Positions 1 to 10,328 of a DNA stretch of 64,000 nt are shown here, piece by piece (the stretch's first letter is position 1; every line of letters begins with the position of its first letter). The DNA is from Gemmatimonadota bacterium (GTDB lineage: Bacteria > Gemmatimonadota > Gemmatimonadetes > Longimicrobiales > Gaopeijiaceae), in the NCBI GenBank assembly GCA_034521595.1, contig JAXHMG010000003.1, positions 1,472,001 through 1,536,000 of the forward strand. Reading direction: 5' to 3'. A program made the translations under genes and the position numbers. Under the pieces are notes generated by a model. That model did not search any database, was not told the DNA's origin, and saw only the letters and a list, made by a program, of their open reading frames with translations.

Positions 1-198
1 CTCCTGCGTGCAGGCGATCAGCCGGTCCAGGTTGGGATCGTCCAGCTGGGCTCCAACCGCCGTCTCGCGGAAATCCGAGTACGCATGGTGCAAGTCCACG
101 CCGCTCAGGAAGCGCTCGCCGAGGGCGCGCACCCGCTGCAGGAAGTAGTAGATGGGCTCCCGATGTCGAACCAGGAGGTCGGACAGGTCTTCGATCAC
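1..198 (-). CDS. Probable sucrose synthase, N-terminus (runs off window)
   Basis: GTG start overlaps the TGA of the upstream SPS fusion (GTGA). Hand translation MIEDLSDLLVRHREPIYYFLQRVRALGERFLSGVDL...LIACTQE resembles proteobacterial sucrose synthase N-termini; operon context fits. Confidence 0.6.
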   Translation of the reverse strand, partial: MIEDLSDLLVRHREPIYYFLQRVRALGERFLSGVDLHHAYSDFRETAVGAQLDDPNLDRLIACTQE

Positions 199-3100
199 GC
201 GTCTTCCTCCGGGTCGGGGCGTATGGCTCCGAAGAAGTCGTAGTGCTCGATGCCCTCGAGGATGCCGCGGGCATGGGGTCGGCTCGCGAAGTACACGCGG
301 TAGTGGCCCTTCAGCTCCTCGAGCTCTTCGGTGTGGTTGGCCACGACCACCCCCAGGGTGTCGCCCGTCAACATATCGGCGTCGTTTCCGGAGTCCCCGG
401 CCACGAGGAGACGTTCGGGCGGCAGATCCCACTTGAAGCAGAGGAAGCGAATGGCCATGCCCGGCGAAGCACGGACCGGAATCACGTCGAGGTACCGGTC
501 GTGGTCGAGGATCGTCGTGGCCCGCACCCCCTCCTTACGCAGCGCCCTCCGCACGTCGGAAGCCGCTGGACCGGTCTCGGGATCGGACCAGTAACGGATC
601 CGATGCGGGGTCTGGTGCTCGTCGTCGTCGAGCCGCAGACCGTCGAGGCTCGAAAGCACCTTCCGGATCCGCCCCGGCTCCCAACGATAATGGATCTGGC
701 GCTCCCACGAGCGGTCTCGGATGAGTCGGTCCCCGTAGTGGAGCTGGGTGCCGGTCCCGGTGATGAGCACGTCGGGAACCGGGACTCCGAGGCGGTCGAT
801 CATCTGGAGCGCCTGGTCCAACGTCCGGCCCGTCGCGATCCCGAACCCGATGCTCGGTCCGGCGTCCACCAATCGCTCGATGAAGCGGCGCAGCCCGTCC
901 TCGTCGCCCGTGAGGGTATTGTCGATGTCGGTCACCACGAGCCGGTCGAGCACGGGCATGCGGCCCGCCCCCGCGTGGCGCCCGCTCGGACGGCCGCCGC
1001 TCACGGCCTGGCGGAGCTGCTTCAAATACCGTTCCGCGTGGGCCGACCACGAAAAGTGCTCGTGGACCTTCTCGATCCCTCCAGCCGCCCACCGTCTCCA
1101 CCGGTCCCGGTCGGCCAACGCCGCTTCGAGACCCCGCGCGATCTCGCTCGGCTCGGTCGCGTCGACCAGCAGCCCGTTCTCGCAAGCCGAGAGGATGTCC
1201 CTCGGCCCTCCGTCATCCGTGGCCACGATCGGCACGCCGGTGGCGGCCGCCTCCAGAAGGGTCAAGCCGAACGGCTCGGTGAACGCGGGGTTCACGAACA
1301 CGCCGCCCGTCCGCGCGGCCAGCCGGTACATGTCCGGCACGTCGGCGGACCCGTGCTCTTTGGGATACGCCACGGAGCCGTACAGATCGTAGCGGTCGAT
1401 GAGGATGAGCATGCGTGTGAGGACCGCGCGGGCGTTCTTGGAGAGCTCACGGATGTCCTCGCGATTTCCGGCGATGAGCACGAGGTTCGCCCACTTTCGC
1501 AGCTTCTCGCTCCTGCCGTACGCGCGGATCAGCCCCTCGAAGTTCTTGCGCTCGTCTGGGCGGGCTATGGCCAGGATCATCGGCCGGCCCGGCTCCCGCA
1601 GGAACCGCTCCAGATCGTCGGCGATGGGCGGTGGCCTCCAGTCGGGATCGGCGGGAGCGTAGCGCTCGAGATCCACGCCGGGAGGGATCACTTGCATCCC
1701 CTCGGGATGGTAATTGTCGTAGAGCTGGTATTGGTCTTGGACTTCCTGGTTCGTGCTCGCGATCACGACCGTCGCGGATTCCAGGGCCCGTTCCTCGGCC
1801 TCGATGCGCTCGGGAAAGTGGTACCGCTCGTCGAGCTTGGCCGCGTCCTTTCCGCCGGCCAACAACCGGGCACGCTTGACCCGCCCCAGGGAGTGCCCCG
1901 TGAAGAAGAACGGCACGCCGAGCAGCTGCGAGAGCCTCGAGCCCACGTAGCCCGCGTCGGCGTAGTGGCCATGGATCAGATCGGGGATGCGGCCGGTGCT
2001 CCGCACGTGCCGGATCAGCTCGTCCAGCAGGCTGTCGAGGTGCGGCCAGAGGGATTCCTTGCGCAGATACCGTTTGGGACCGAAGGGCAGCCGCACGATG
2101 CGTGCGCCGTGGGAGAGCGGTTCTTCGGGCACCGCGTACTGCCGGTCCACGCGCCGGTCGAAGATCTGCCGCGTCACGACCTCGACACGCTCGACATCCG
2201 GATGCGCCGCGAGAGCGCGAGCCTCGTCGACCACGTAAGACACCTGCCCGCCCGTATCCGGATCCCGGCCGAGCTCGATGTCTTTGCCGCGCACCAGGCC
2301 GTGCACGCTCAGGGACATGATATGGAGCCCGCGCCGACCTTCTCCTTCGTCGTCCCCGGGCGCGCCACTCTCGCTCCACGCGCGCAGGTGCCGTTCGTAC
2401 AGCGACGGGTCACCGGTCGTCGCTCCGCGGATTCTGCAGATGTCGGAAGCGAAGCGGGTCGCGCGATCCAGCGTGACGCGGGCACCCCAGCCGCCGAGGA
2501 TGCCCATGCCCAGGACGGCACCGAAGGCGTCTCCCGCTCCGACGGTGTCGACCACCTCGGTGACGACGGGGTCCTCGCCAACGTCCAGCGCTCCGTCCTT
2601 CGTGACGCAGATCGCCCCCTCGCTTCCCCGCGTCACGACGACGCGGTGGATGTCGTAGCGGTCGCCAACATCACGCGCGGCGGCCTCGCATTCCTCGAGG
2701 GTGCCCGTAGGCTTCCCGGTCACCTCACCGAGCTCGACCTCGTTGAGCTTGAGCCAGCGGGCTCGTTCCATGGCCGCCCGAACGTTCTCCGGAGTCGACC
2801 ACGGCTCGCGTAGATTGATGTCGACCAGCGCCGACACGCCCCGGTCCAGGAGCTGCTGGAGCGCCGCGCGGCTCGTCTCCGAGCGCATGGCGAGCGTTCC
2901 GTGGTACAGGAATCGAACCGCCTCGGGGAGGGCTTCGAGGGCGGTGTCACCGTTGATGAAATCCCACGCCTGACCGGGCTCGATGGTATAGGAGTTCTCA
3001 CCGTCCGCGATCTCCACGTCCACGCGCCCGGTCCGCCGCTCCCCGTGGACCTGGACCCCTTTCCTCGACAGGCCCCATTCCTCCATGCGCTGGAGCACGT

Positions 3101-3290
3101 CGTGGCCCGGCTTGTCGAAGCCGACCGCACTCAAAAATGCCGGATCCGCTCCGAAGCCTCGAAGGTGCCACGCAACGTTGAAGGGCGCACCGCCGAGCAC
3201 GCGCGTGCCGTCCGGGAACTCGTCGAAGAGGACTTCGCCGAACACGGCCGGGCGTCCACGCGCGAGAGGGATCCGATGGGGTCCGATCAA
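195..3290 (-). CDS. PfkB fructokinase + sucrose-phosphate synthase (GT4) + HAD-IIB phosphatase fusion
   Basis: N-term GGAPFNVA and DTVGAGDAF (PfkB); middle HGLVRG..ELGRDPDTGGQ, HGHYADAG, EPFGLTLLEAAA (SPS); C-term DIDNTL and GDSGND (SPP-like HAD). Confidence 0.9.
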   Translation of the reverse strand: MIGPHRIPLARGRPAVFGEVLFDEFPDGTRVLGGAPFNVAWHLRGFGADPAFLSAVGFDKPGHDVLQRMEEWGLSRKGVQVHGERRTGRVDVEIADGENSYTIEPGQAWDFINGDTALEALPEAVRFLYHGTLAMRSETSRAALQQLLDRGVSALVDINLREPWSTPENVRAAMERARWLKLNEVELGEVTGKPTGTLEECEAAARDVGDRYDIHRVVVTRGSEGAICVTKDGALDVGEDPVVTEVVDTVGAGDAFGAVLGMGILGGWGARVTLDRATRFASDICRIRGATTGDPSLYERHLRAWSESGAPGDDEGEGRRGLHIMSLSVHGLVRGKDIELGRDPDTGGQVSYVVDEARALAAHPDVERVEVVTRQIFDRRVDRQYAVPEEPLSHGARIVRLPFGPKRYLRKESLWPHLDSLLDELIRHVRSTGRIPDLIHGHYADAGYVGSRLSQLLGVPFFFTGHSLGRVKRARLLAGGKDAAKLDERYHFPERIEAEERALESATVVIASTNQEVQDQYQLYDNYHPEGMQVIPPGVDLERYAPADPDWRPPPIADDLERFLREPGRPMILAIARPDERKNFEGLIRAYGRSEKLRKWANLVLIAGNREDIRELSKNARAVLTRMLILIDRYDLYGSVAYPKEHGSADVPDMYRLAARTGGVFVNPAFTEPFGLTLLEAAATGVPIVATDDGGPRDILSACENGLLVDATEPSEIARGLEAALADRDRWRRWAAGGIEKVHEHFSWSAHAERYLKQLRQAVSGGRPSGRHAGAGRMPVLDRLVVTDIDNTLTGDEDGLRRFIERLVDAGPSIGFGIATGRTLDQALQMIDRLGVPVPDVLITGTGTQLHYGDRLIRDRSWERQIHYRWEPGRIRKVLSSLDGLRLDDDEHQTPHRIRYWSDPETGPAASDVRRALRKEGVRATTILDHDRYLDVIPVRASPGMAIRFLCFKWDLPPERLLVAGDSGNDADMLTGDTLGVVVANHTEELEELKGHYRVYFASRPHARGILEGIEHYDFFGAIRPDPEEDA

Positions 3291-3460
3291 GCGCGCACCC
3301 TCGAAGCTGGCTCGTTGAGAGATTAGAATTCTCCGGCTTACAATGGCCGCGACCCGCAGGGCCGCGTTTCGTTATGATGGTAGGCCCTTCGGCCGGAAAT
3401 TCCACCCCGGTATCCGAACCTCCCGAGCGAAGAGCCCGAAGCTTGACCTCGACGCCCCGC

Positions 3461-4249
3461 ATGCTGGCCTCCGACCTCGACGGCACGCTCATCCCTCCGA
3501 CCGCCGACCCGGAGCGGCTCGAGGAGATCCGAAGCTTTCAGGAGGCGCTGGCGGCGCGTCCCCTCGACCTCGCGTACGTGACCGGGCGCGATCACGCCCT
3601 CGCCCTCCGGGGCGTGGAGCGTCTCGGGCTCCCGATGCCCGGCGTTTTGGTATGCAACGTAGGCACGAGCATCTACGTCCGCCGGCCGCACGGGCCCGAC
3701 TACGTGCTCGACGAGGACTACCGCCGCCGCATGCGGGCCGCGCTGGGCGGGGCCGACCGCGATGACCTCGTCGCGGGGGTCGGCACCATCGCCGGCCTCG
3801 AGCTCCAGGAAGCCCGCAAGCAAGCGGAGTTCAAGGTCAGCTATTACGTCGACGAGGAGCGGATCGAGGAGGTGCGCGAGGCCGTGGCGCGGCGCCTCGA
3901 GGCGTTCCCGATCCCCCCGAAGCTCGTCTGGAGCCACGACCCCCACTCCGGACGCATGCTCCTCGATCTGCTCCCGCGAGGCGTGGCCAAGCACGTCGCC
4001 CTCGAGCACCTGCGCGAACAGGGCGGATACGCCATGGAGGAGATCGTCTACGCCGGCGATTCCGGGAACGACTTCGACGCCTTTCTCAGCGGCCACCCCG
4101 CGATCGTCGTCGCCAACGCTCCCGACGCACTGAAGCGCGAGGTCCGAGAGGGAGCCCGCGCGGCGGATGTCCTGGATCGCGTGTACTTCGCCGAATCCCC
4201 GTTCGCGGCAGGGGTTCTGGAAGGGTGCCGCCACTTCGGCGCCCTCTGA
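3461..4249 (+). CDS. HAD-IIB family hydrolase, sucrose-phosphatase-like
   Basis: MLASDLDGTL, VTGR, K, GDSGND HAD motifs; divergent from the SPS fusion. Start uncertain (ORF opens at 3374). Confidence 0.85.
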   Translation: MLASDLDGTLIPPTADPERLEEIRSFQEALAARPLDLAYVTGRDHALALRGVERLGLPMPGVLVCNVGTSIYVRRPHGPDYVLDEDYRRRMRAALGGADRDDLVAGVGTIAGLELQEARKQAEFKVSYYVDEERIEEVREAVARRLEAFPIPPKLVWSHDPHSGRMLLDLLPRGVAKHVALEHLREQGGYAMEEIVYAGDSGNDFDAFLSGHPAIVVANAPDALKREVREGARAADVLDRVYFAESPFAAGVLEGCRHFGAL

Positions 4250-4273
4250 ACCGTTCCCCTGAAGTGCGAGCCC

Positions 4274-4705
4274 TCAGCCCTTACCGGAGATATACGCCAT
4301 CAGGTGCCTGTTGGTCGCCTCGGTCTCGGAGCGCAGATTGTGCACCACGTCGCCAATGGAAACGATTCCCGCGAGACGTCCCCGGGCCACGACCGGGAGG
4401 TGACGTACCTTGTGGTCCGTCATCAGGTGCATAACCTCGTCGAGATTCGCGTCCGGATGGGTGGTCACGACCGATCGCGTCATAACGGTCCAGGTGGGCG
4501 TGTCGGCCAGCGCCTCGGGATCCCCCGCGACCAGGCGCAGGATGTCCCGCTCCGAAAGGATGCCCACGAGCTGGCCGCCCCCCACCACGACCGTCGCGCC
4601 GATGTTGTGCTCGATGAGGGTCCGAACGACTTCGAGGACCGTGCAGTCGGGGCCGACGGAGACGACGTCGGAGCCCTTCGACCGCAAAACGTCGGAGATA
4701 CGCAT
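4274..4705 (-). CDS. CBS-domain pair protein
   Basis: GILSERDI and VRHLPVV..GIVSIGDVV CBS motifs. Confidence 0.9.
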   Translation of the reverse strand: MRISDVLRSKGSDVVSVGPDCTVLEVVRTLIEHNIGATVVVGGGQLVGILSERDILRLVAGDPEALADTPTWTVMTRSVVTTHPDANLDEVMHLMTDHKVRHLPVVARGRLAGIVSIGDVVHNLRSETEATNRHLMAYISGKG

Positions 4706-4783
4706 CTGACCTTCCTCCCTCCGGGGGTCACGCTCGTCAACATACGCCCCCCCGCGCGCTTCCGAAAGCAGCCGACCCGGCGC

Positions 4784-5989
4784 TCAGCGGGCCACCCGGT
4801 TCCGTCCCGCCCGCTTCGCCCGGTAGAGCGCCTTGTCCGCTTTCCCGAGCACCGCCTCCGGCGTCACGCCGGAAGAAGCCTTGGAGTCCGCCATGCCGAT
4901 GCTCACCGTCACCGAGAGGGGGCGCGAGCCCTTGGCCGCGCCTCGGCGCTTCTTGCCGGCCTTCTCGGTCGCCGGGCGGGTCCACCCCCGGAGCGAGAAG
5001 CGCGCCGCCGCCACCGAGGCGCGCACCGCGTCCAGGTGGGGCGCGGCCGCGTCCCGCGAAAGGCCGCGGTAGAGGAGCGTGAACTCTTCACCGCCGTACC
5101 GGTAGGCCTTGCCGCCCCCCGGGGCGCGGGCGAGCCGACTCGCGACGAGGCGCAATACCTGGTCTCCGACATCGTGTCCGTGACGGTCGTTGAACCTCTT
5201 GAAGTGATCCACGTCGACCATGGCCAGCGTGTAGGTCCCCTTGAGTCCGTCGAGGTCCCGCAGAAGCGAGCGCCGGGCGGGTAGCCCCGTGAGCTCGTCC
5301 CGGTACGCCATGGCGTAGGACGTCTCGAGCACGCCGAGCCCGAAGGTCAACACGGCCCCCGACCACAGCAGAGCGACCGCGCCGGGTTCCGTGACGGGCC
5401 CCGTGGTCGGGAGCAACAGGAGGAGCGCCCAGACCGCGCCCCGCTCCACGGGTCCACCCCGCCGGTACACGGCCCAGGCCAACGCGAGGGCAGCGATCCC
5501 CATCGCCACCACGGCCCCGACCGAGACTCCGGTGACCCGCTCGATCCACGGACCGGACGAGCCGGCGAGGAGCCAGTCCTGGAGCCGTGCCGTTCGGAAC
5601 CGTGCCAGAGCTACCCACGTGGCGGCCAGCGCTCCGAGGCCCGTGAGCTGGGCGAGCCCGCCCGGCGACGTCACTCCGCGATCCCGCAGGACAGCGGCGA
5701 GCGCCGCCAGAATCACGAGCCCGATCCCGAGCGACGCGATCGCGTCGGATTCGACGACCTCGATCCGAAGTGCCCCGTGCACGACGGCGGCGGCCACGAC
5801 GAGCGAGAGCACCCGGCTGCGGTGGAACAGGACCGCCAGCCCCCCGGAAAGAACGTAGACGAGGGGCGCGTAGCGCCGCGTGATGGTGGGGACGAGATCC
5901 TCGCTTCCGGTGGGGAACGTAACGAGGAGCCAGCCGGTGACTGCGACGACCGCGCCACCGGGGAGCAACCACCGTATGAAGGATTTCAC
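4784..5989 (-). CDS. Membrane diguanylate cyclase (GGDEF)
   Basis: Multi-TM N-terminus; RDELTGL, DVDHFKRFNDRHGH, RYGGEEF. Confidence 0.92.
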   Translation of the reverse strand: MKSFIRWLLPGGAVVAVTGWLLVTFPTGSEDLVPTITRRYAPLVYVLSGGLAVLFHRSRVLSLVVAAAVVHGALRIEVVESDAIASLGIGLVILAALAAVLRDRGVTSPGGLAQLTGLGALAATWVALARFRTARLQDWLLAGSSGPWIERVTGVSVGAVVAMGIAALALAWAVYRRGGPVERGAVWALLLLLPTTGPVTEPGAVALLWSGAVLTFGLGVLETSYAMAYRDELTGLPARRSLLRDLDGLKGTYTLAMVDVDHFKRFNDRHGHDVGDQVLRLVASRLARAPGGGKAYRYGGEEFTLLYRGLSRDAAAPHLDAVRASVAAARFSLRGWTRPATEKAGKKRRGAAKGSRPLSVTVSIGMADSKASSGVTPEAVLGKADKALYRAKRAGRNRVAR

Positions 5990-6160
5990 GAGGTGGCTTC
6001 AACTCCTTGGCAGCCCGTGGTGAGATTCCGTTAGCAGCCCGTGGTAGCCCCACGGGGGCGGCGCCCGATCCGTCTGCGCGGGAAGCGGGAAGCTTGGGCT
6101 CGACGCCTCGGGCGTCAACGCGCATACTGGAGCGGCCCCGATCCTCCCGCTCCGAGCCCG

Positions 6161-6796
6161 TTGCGCGACCTCGTCCTGTTCTTCGTTTCCCTCTTCTCCG
6201 TGGTGAACCCGTTGGCGGTGATTCCGACCTTCGTCGGTTTCACGCAAGGGGCTTCCCGCTTCGACCGTCGGAAGATCAGCCGTCGGGCCTCGATCGCCGT
6301 CTTCCTGATCCTGACCACGTCGTATCTGGCGGGCGAGGCCGTTCTCCAGTTCTTCTCCATCAGCGTGGCGTCCCTCCGCGTGGCCGGAGGAATCCTGATC
6401 TTCGGCATGGCGTGGTCCATGCTGCAAGCGACCGTGAGCCGCGCGAAACAGACCCGCGAAGAAGCGATGGAAGCGAGCGAGCGTGACAGCATCGCGGTGG
6501 TCCCGCTGGCCATGCCCCTGCTCGCCGGTCCCGGCGCGATCAGTCTCATGATCATCGTCGCGGGCCGCACGGACGAACTCCTCAACCACGGGCTCGTCCT
6601 GCTCGGCACGGCCGTCGTGGCGCTCATCACCTGGGGCCTGATGCTCGTCGCGGGACCGATCACGAAGGCGCTCGGCCGTACCGGCCTCAACGTCGCGACC
6701 CGGTTCATGGGGCTCATTTTGGCAGCCATCGCCGTGGAGTTCATCTCGTCGGGGCTGCTCGAGATCTTCCCGGGTTGGGGGATCGCCGGGCCATGA
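6161..6796 (+). CDS. MarC family membrane protein
   Basis: VNPL, VPLAMPLLAGPGAI, TRFMGLILAAIAVE motifs; TTG start inferred. Confidence 0.9.
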   Translation: MRDLVLFFVSLFSVVNPLAVIPTFVGFTQGASRFDRRKISRRASIAVFLILTTSYLAGEAVLQFFSISVASLRVAGGILIFGMAWSMLQATVSRAKQTREEAMEASERDSIAVVPLAMPLLAGPGAISLMIIVAGRTDELLNHGLVLLGTAVVALITWGLMLVAGPITKALGRTGLNVATRFMGLILAAIAVEFISSGLLEIFPGWGIAGP

Positions 6797-6896
6797 GGCA
6801 CCGTCGGGAACCCCGAACCGTCACGGGTGTTGATACCGTGAACGCGACCGTGCCCCTTCCAACCGCTCGACTCAAGCGCCGCGCGGGAGTTATGCC

Positions 6897-7856
6897 ATGA
6901 TCATCCGCCGTCCACCCAAAGTCCCGTCCTCGGAGATCACCCCCGAGCACGTGTACGTGAACCGCCGGAAGTTCATCAAGGCCGCCGCCTTGGGCGCGGC
7001 CGGACTGGCGATGGAACCGGACGCGTTGAGCGGCATGATCCGTCCGCGGCAGGAGCAGGAGATCCCCGAGCGCTTCCGGAACATGACCTCGGAGCTCGAC
7101 GAGGAGCTCAACTCGTACGAAGCGATCACGACGTACAACAACTTCTACGAGTTCGGCACGGACAAGAAGGACCCGCACAGGAACTCGGGTGACTTCCGTC
7201 CGCGCCCGTGGACGGTCCGGATCGAAGGGCACGTCAACAAGCCCGGCGACTACCACCTCGACGACCTCCTCGCCCCCCACACCATGGAGGACCGCGTCTA
7301 CCGCCTCCGCTGCGTGGAAGCGTGGTCGATGGTGATCCCGTGGAGAGGCTTCCCCCTGGCCGACCTCATCAAGCGGGTCGAGCCCACAGGCAACGCGAAG
7401 TTCATCGAGTTCCGGACGGTGATGCGTCCTTCGGAGATGCCGGCGCAGCGCACGAACGTGCTGGACTGGCCGTACGTGGAAGGCCTCCGCATGGACGAGG
7501 CGATGCATCCGCTCACCCTCATGGTCACCGGTGTGTACGGACTCGACATCCCCAACCAGAACGGGGCCCCGCTCCGCCTGATTGTCCCGTGGAAGTACGG
7601 GTTCAAGGGCATCAAGTCGATCGACCGCATCCGCTTCGTCGAAGAGATGCCGCTGAACACCTGGAAAGCGCAGAACTCGCACGAATACGGGTTTTACGCC
7701 AACGTCAACCCGAACGTGGACCATCCACGCTGGAGTCAGGCTCGTGAGCGCCGCCTCCCGGGGCTCTTCAAGAACCACGAGACCCTCATGTTCAACGGGT
7801 ACGCGGACGAGGTGGAGCACCTCTACGCCGGCATGGACCTGACCCGCTGGTACTGA
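6897..7856 (+). CDS. msrP: Protein-methionine-sulfoxide reductase catalytic subunit
   Basis: Tat-like [35 protein letters not shown]. Confidence 0.95.
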   Translation: MIIRRPPKVPSSEITPEHVYVNRRKFIKAAALGAAGLAMEPDALSGMIRPRQEQEIPERFRNMTSELDEELNSYEAITTYNNFYEFGTDKKDPHRNSGDFRPRPWTVRIEGHVNKPGDYHLDDLLAPHTMEDRVYRLRCVEAWSMVIPWRGFPLADLIKRVEPTGNAKFIEFRTVMRPSEMPAQRTNVLDWPYVEGLRMDEAMHPLTLMVTGVYGLDIPNQNGAPLRLIVPWKYGFKGIKSIDRIRFVEEMPLNTWKAQNSHEYGFYANVNPNVDHPRWSQARERRLPGLFKNHETLMFNGYADEVEHLYAGMDLTRWY

Positions 7857-7920
7857 TTCCGGCTTCCGATCCGTCACGGAGCGTGACCGTCACGGAACAC
7901 CGCTTGGAGCGGCACGAGGG

Positions 7921-8541
7921 ATGAGTCCGAAGGGAAAGGTACGCGCGCTCAAGGTCCTGCTCTGGCTCGGCGCCCTGGCGCCCGGCGCATGGCTGGTTTC
8001 GGGCTTCCTACAGGGGAGCCTGGGCCCGAATCCGATCGAGACGCTGACCCTCACGACGGGGATGACGACGCTCGTGCTCCTGTTGCTCACGCTGTCCGTC
8101 ACCCCCGTGCGCCGGATCACCGGGTGGAACCCCGTCATCCGCCTCCGGCGTCCCATGGGGCTCTTCGCCTTCTTCTACGCCGTCTGCCACTTCTCGATCT
8201 GGTTCGTCTTCGACATGGTCTTCAACTTCGGCTGGATGGTCGACGACGTGCTCGACCGACCCTACATCACGGTGGGGATGGCCGCCTTCGTGCTGCTCAT
8301 CCCCCTGGCCGTGACGTCGACGCGGGGGTGGATCCGACGGCTCGGCAAGCGGTGGGTGAAGCTGCACCGGCTGGTGTACGTGGCCGCCGGGCTCGGAGTC
8401 GTCCACTACTTCTGGCTCGTGAAGTCGGACTACCGGCTTCCCATACTCCTGGCCGTTTGCCTCGGCATCCTGATCGCGGCCCGGGTACCCTTCGGGCGTA
8501 TCCTGGCGTCCAGGAAGACTGCCGAACGCACGGCTTCCTGA
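7921..8541 (+). CDS. msrQ: Protein-methionine-sulfoxide reductase heme-binding subunit
   Basis: RRPMGLFAFFYA..H, LAVTS, W.KLHRLVY, HYFW; follows msrP. Confidence 0.95.
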   Translation: MSPKGKVRALKVLLWLGALAPGAWLVSGFLQGSLGPNPIETLTLTTGMTTLVLLLLTLSVTPVRRITGWNPVIRLRRPMGLFAFFYAVCHFSIWFVFDMVFNFGWMVDDVLDRPYITVGMAAFVLLIPLAVTSTRGWIRRLGKRWVKLHRLVYVAAGLGVVHYFWLVKSDYRLPILLAVCLGILIAARVPFGRILASRKTAERTAS

Positions 8542-8567
8542 CGTAGCTCCCACGGGCTGGCCGACCG

Positions 8568-10205
8568 CTAACCGCGCGCGATCTCTTCCAGGAAGGCGGC
8601 TCCGTAGCGCTCGAGCTTCACGTCACCGACACCCGGAACCTGGAGCAGCTCCTCCGGGGTGCGTGGCCGCCGTGCCGCCATCTCGCGCAGCGCTCGATCG
8701 TTGAAGACCACGTAGGCGGGCACGCCCTGGCGTTCGGCGAGCGCACGGCGTAGCTCCCTCAGCCTCTCGAAGAGGGACGCATCGCCTTCGGAGAGCGCCA
8801 TGTCCGGTCGTGCAGAAGGGCCCCCTCGAGCTCCCCTCGACGGTCGACTCCGCGCCGAACGGCCGGCGCTCGACACCGGCTCTCCCTGCTCGGCCATCGC
8901 GGCTTGCGCCGTGTCGGCGACGGTCTCGCCCGTGCACACGTCACACGAAGCGGTACACGACGGCATTTCCTCGTCGAAGTGCTCGAGGATCGCCCGGTGT
9001 CGGCAGACGTTCGCCTCGAGCATGCGGTAGAGGTCGACGGTCGACCGGTGCCGGTCGCGGCGCAGCGCGGCATCCTCGATGTCGCTCAGGAACCGTTCGT
9101 GCAGCTTCACGTCCGCCCATGAGTAGAAGAGCACGCAGTCGCTCTCCAGACCGTCGCGGCCCGCCCTTCCCATCTCCTGATACCACGACTCGATGTCTTT
9201 CGGCATGTCCCGGTGGATGACGAAGCGCACGTCCGGCTTGTCGATGCCCATCCCGAACGCGACCGTAGCCACGATGACGTCCGTGCGGTCGGTGCGGAAC
9301 GCCTCCTGGTTGTGGATCCGTTCTTCACCCGGAAGTCCCGCATGGTAGGGTAGCGCGTCGACCCCGTTGGCACGTAGGAACGCCGTGGTCTGCTCGACCG
9401 CGCGTCTGCTCAGGCAATAGACGATGCCGCTCTCGCCCGCGCGGCGTCGCACGAGCGCCAGAATCTCGCGCTTCGTGTCCCCACTGCCCTTCTTGCGTGC
9501 ACCGACGAGCAGGTTGGGCCGGTAGAAGGATCCCTTGTAGCCGGCCGGCTTCCGCATGCCGAGCTGACGCAGGATGTCCCGCGCCACGGCCCTCGTGGCG
9601 GTCGCGGTGAGCGCGAGGACGGGCACGTCGAGGCCGTCCTTCAGGCCGTGAAGACGCCGGTACGACGGCCGAAAGTCGTGACCCCACTGCGAGATGCAGT
9701 GTGCTTCGTCCACGACCACCAACGAGATCGGACAGGAAGCCACGAACTCTCCCAGCCGCCCATCGAGCGCTTCCGGCGCCAGATACACCAGCTCGTAGGC
9801 TCCACGGCGGAGGGCGGCCAGGCGAGCGCGCCGCTCCTCGTACTCCAGCGTCGAGTTGATCTCCACCGCCTCGAAGCCGAGCGCGCGAACGGCGTCCACC
9901 TGGTCCTTCATGAGGCTGATGAGTGGCGTGACCACCAATACCGTGCCCTCCATCAGGCGGGCCGGAAGCTGATAGGTGAGCGACTTTCCCGCCCCCGTCG
10001 GCATCACCGCGATGCAGTCCTTGCGGGCCAACACCGCATCGACGACTTCGCGCTGGCCCGGGCGGAACGTGTCGAAACCGAACACGGAACGGAGCACCGC
10101 TTCCGGATCGGACGTGCTCGCGGGATGGGACGTAATACGTGGAGCCAACGGCGGACGCCGGGAACGGAGGAAACGAGAGGACCCCTTACACGGGGTCCTC
10201 AACAT
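8568..10205 (-). CDS. recQ: RecQ family ATP-dependent DNA helicase
   Basis: [45 protein letters not shown], Zn-binding Cys cluster, C-terminal HRDC. Start uncertain. Confidence 0.92.
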   Translation of the reverse strand: MLRTPCKGSSRFLRSRRPPLAPRITSHPASTSDPEAVLRSVFGFDTFRPGQREVVDAVLARKDCIAVMPTGAGKSLTYQLPARLMEGTVLVVTPLISLMKDQVDAVRALGFEAVEINSTLEYEERRARLAALRRGAYELVYLAPEALDGRLGEFVASCPISLVVVDEAHCISQWGHDFRPSYRRLHGLKDGLDVPVLALTATATRAVARDILRQLGMRKPAGYKGSFYRPNLLVGARKKGSGDTKREILALVRRRAGESGIVYCLSRRAVEQTTAFLRANGVDALPYHAGLPGEERIHNQEAFRTDRTDVIVATVAFGMGIDKPDVRFVIHRDMPKDIESWYQEMGRAGRDGLESDCVLFYSWADVKLHERFLSDIEDAALRRDRHRSTVDLYRMLEANVCRHRAILEHFDEEMPSCTASCDVCTGETVADTAQAAMAEQGEPVSSAGRSARSRPSRGARGGPSARPDMALSEGDASLFERLRELRRALAERQGVPAYVVFNDRALREMAARRPRTPEELLQVPGVGDVKLERYGAAFLEEIARG

Positions 10206-10328
10206 GAACAGAAACCGGTCTTCGGGGACACCCCGATGGCATGTCGAGTCCAATGGGGCTGGACCAGACGGGCGAGCCCAAGGACGCGCCCATGGCATGC
10301 CGAACGATGGACGAACCAGCGAAGCTCT

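Noticed and set aside
243-2813. 856-aa plus-strand ORF (also 9648-11603, 57896-60091, 60013-61473 and similar)
   Set aside because: Antisense shadows of real high-GC genes; no motifs.
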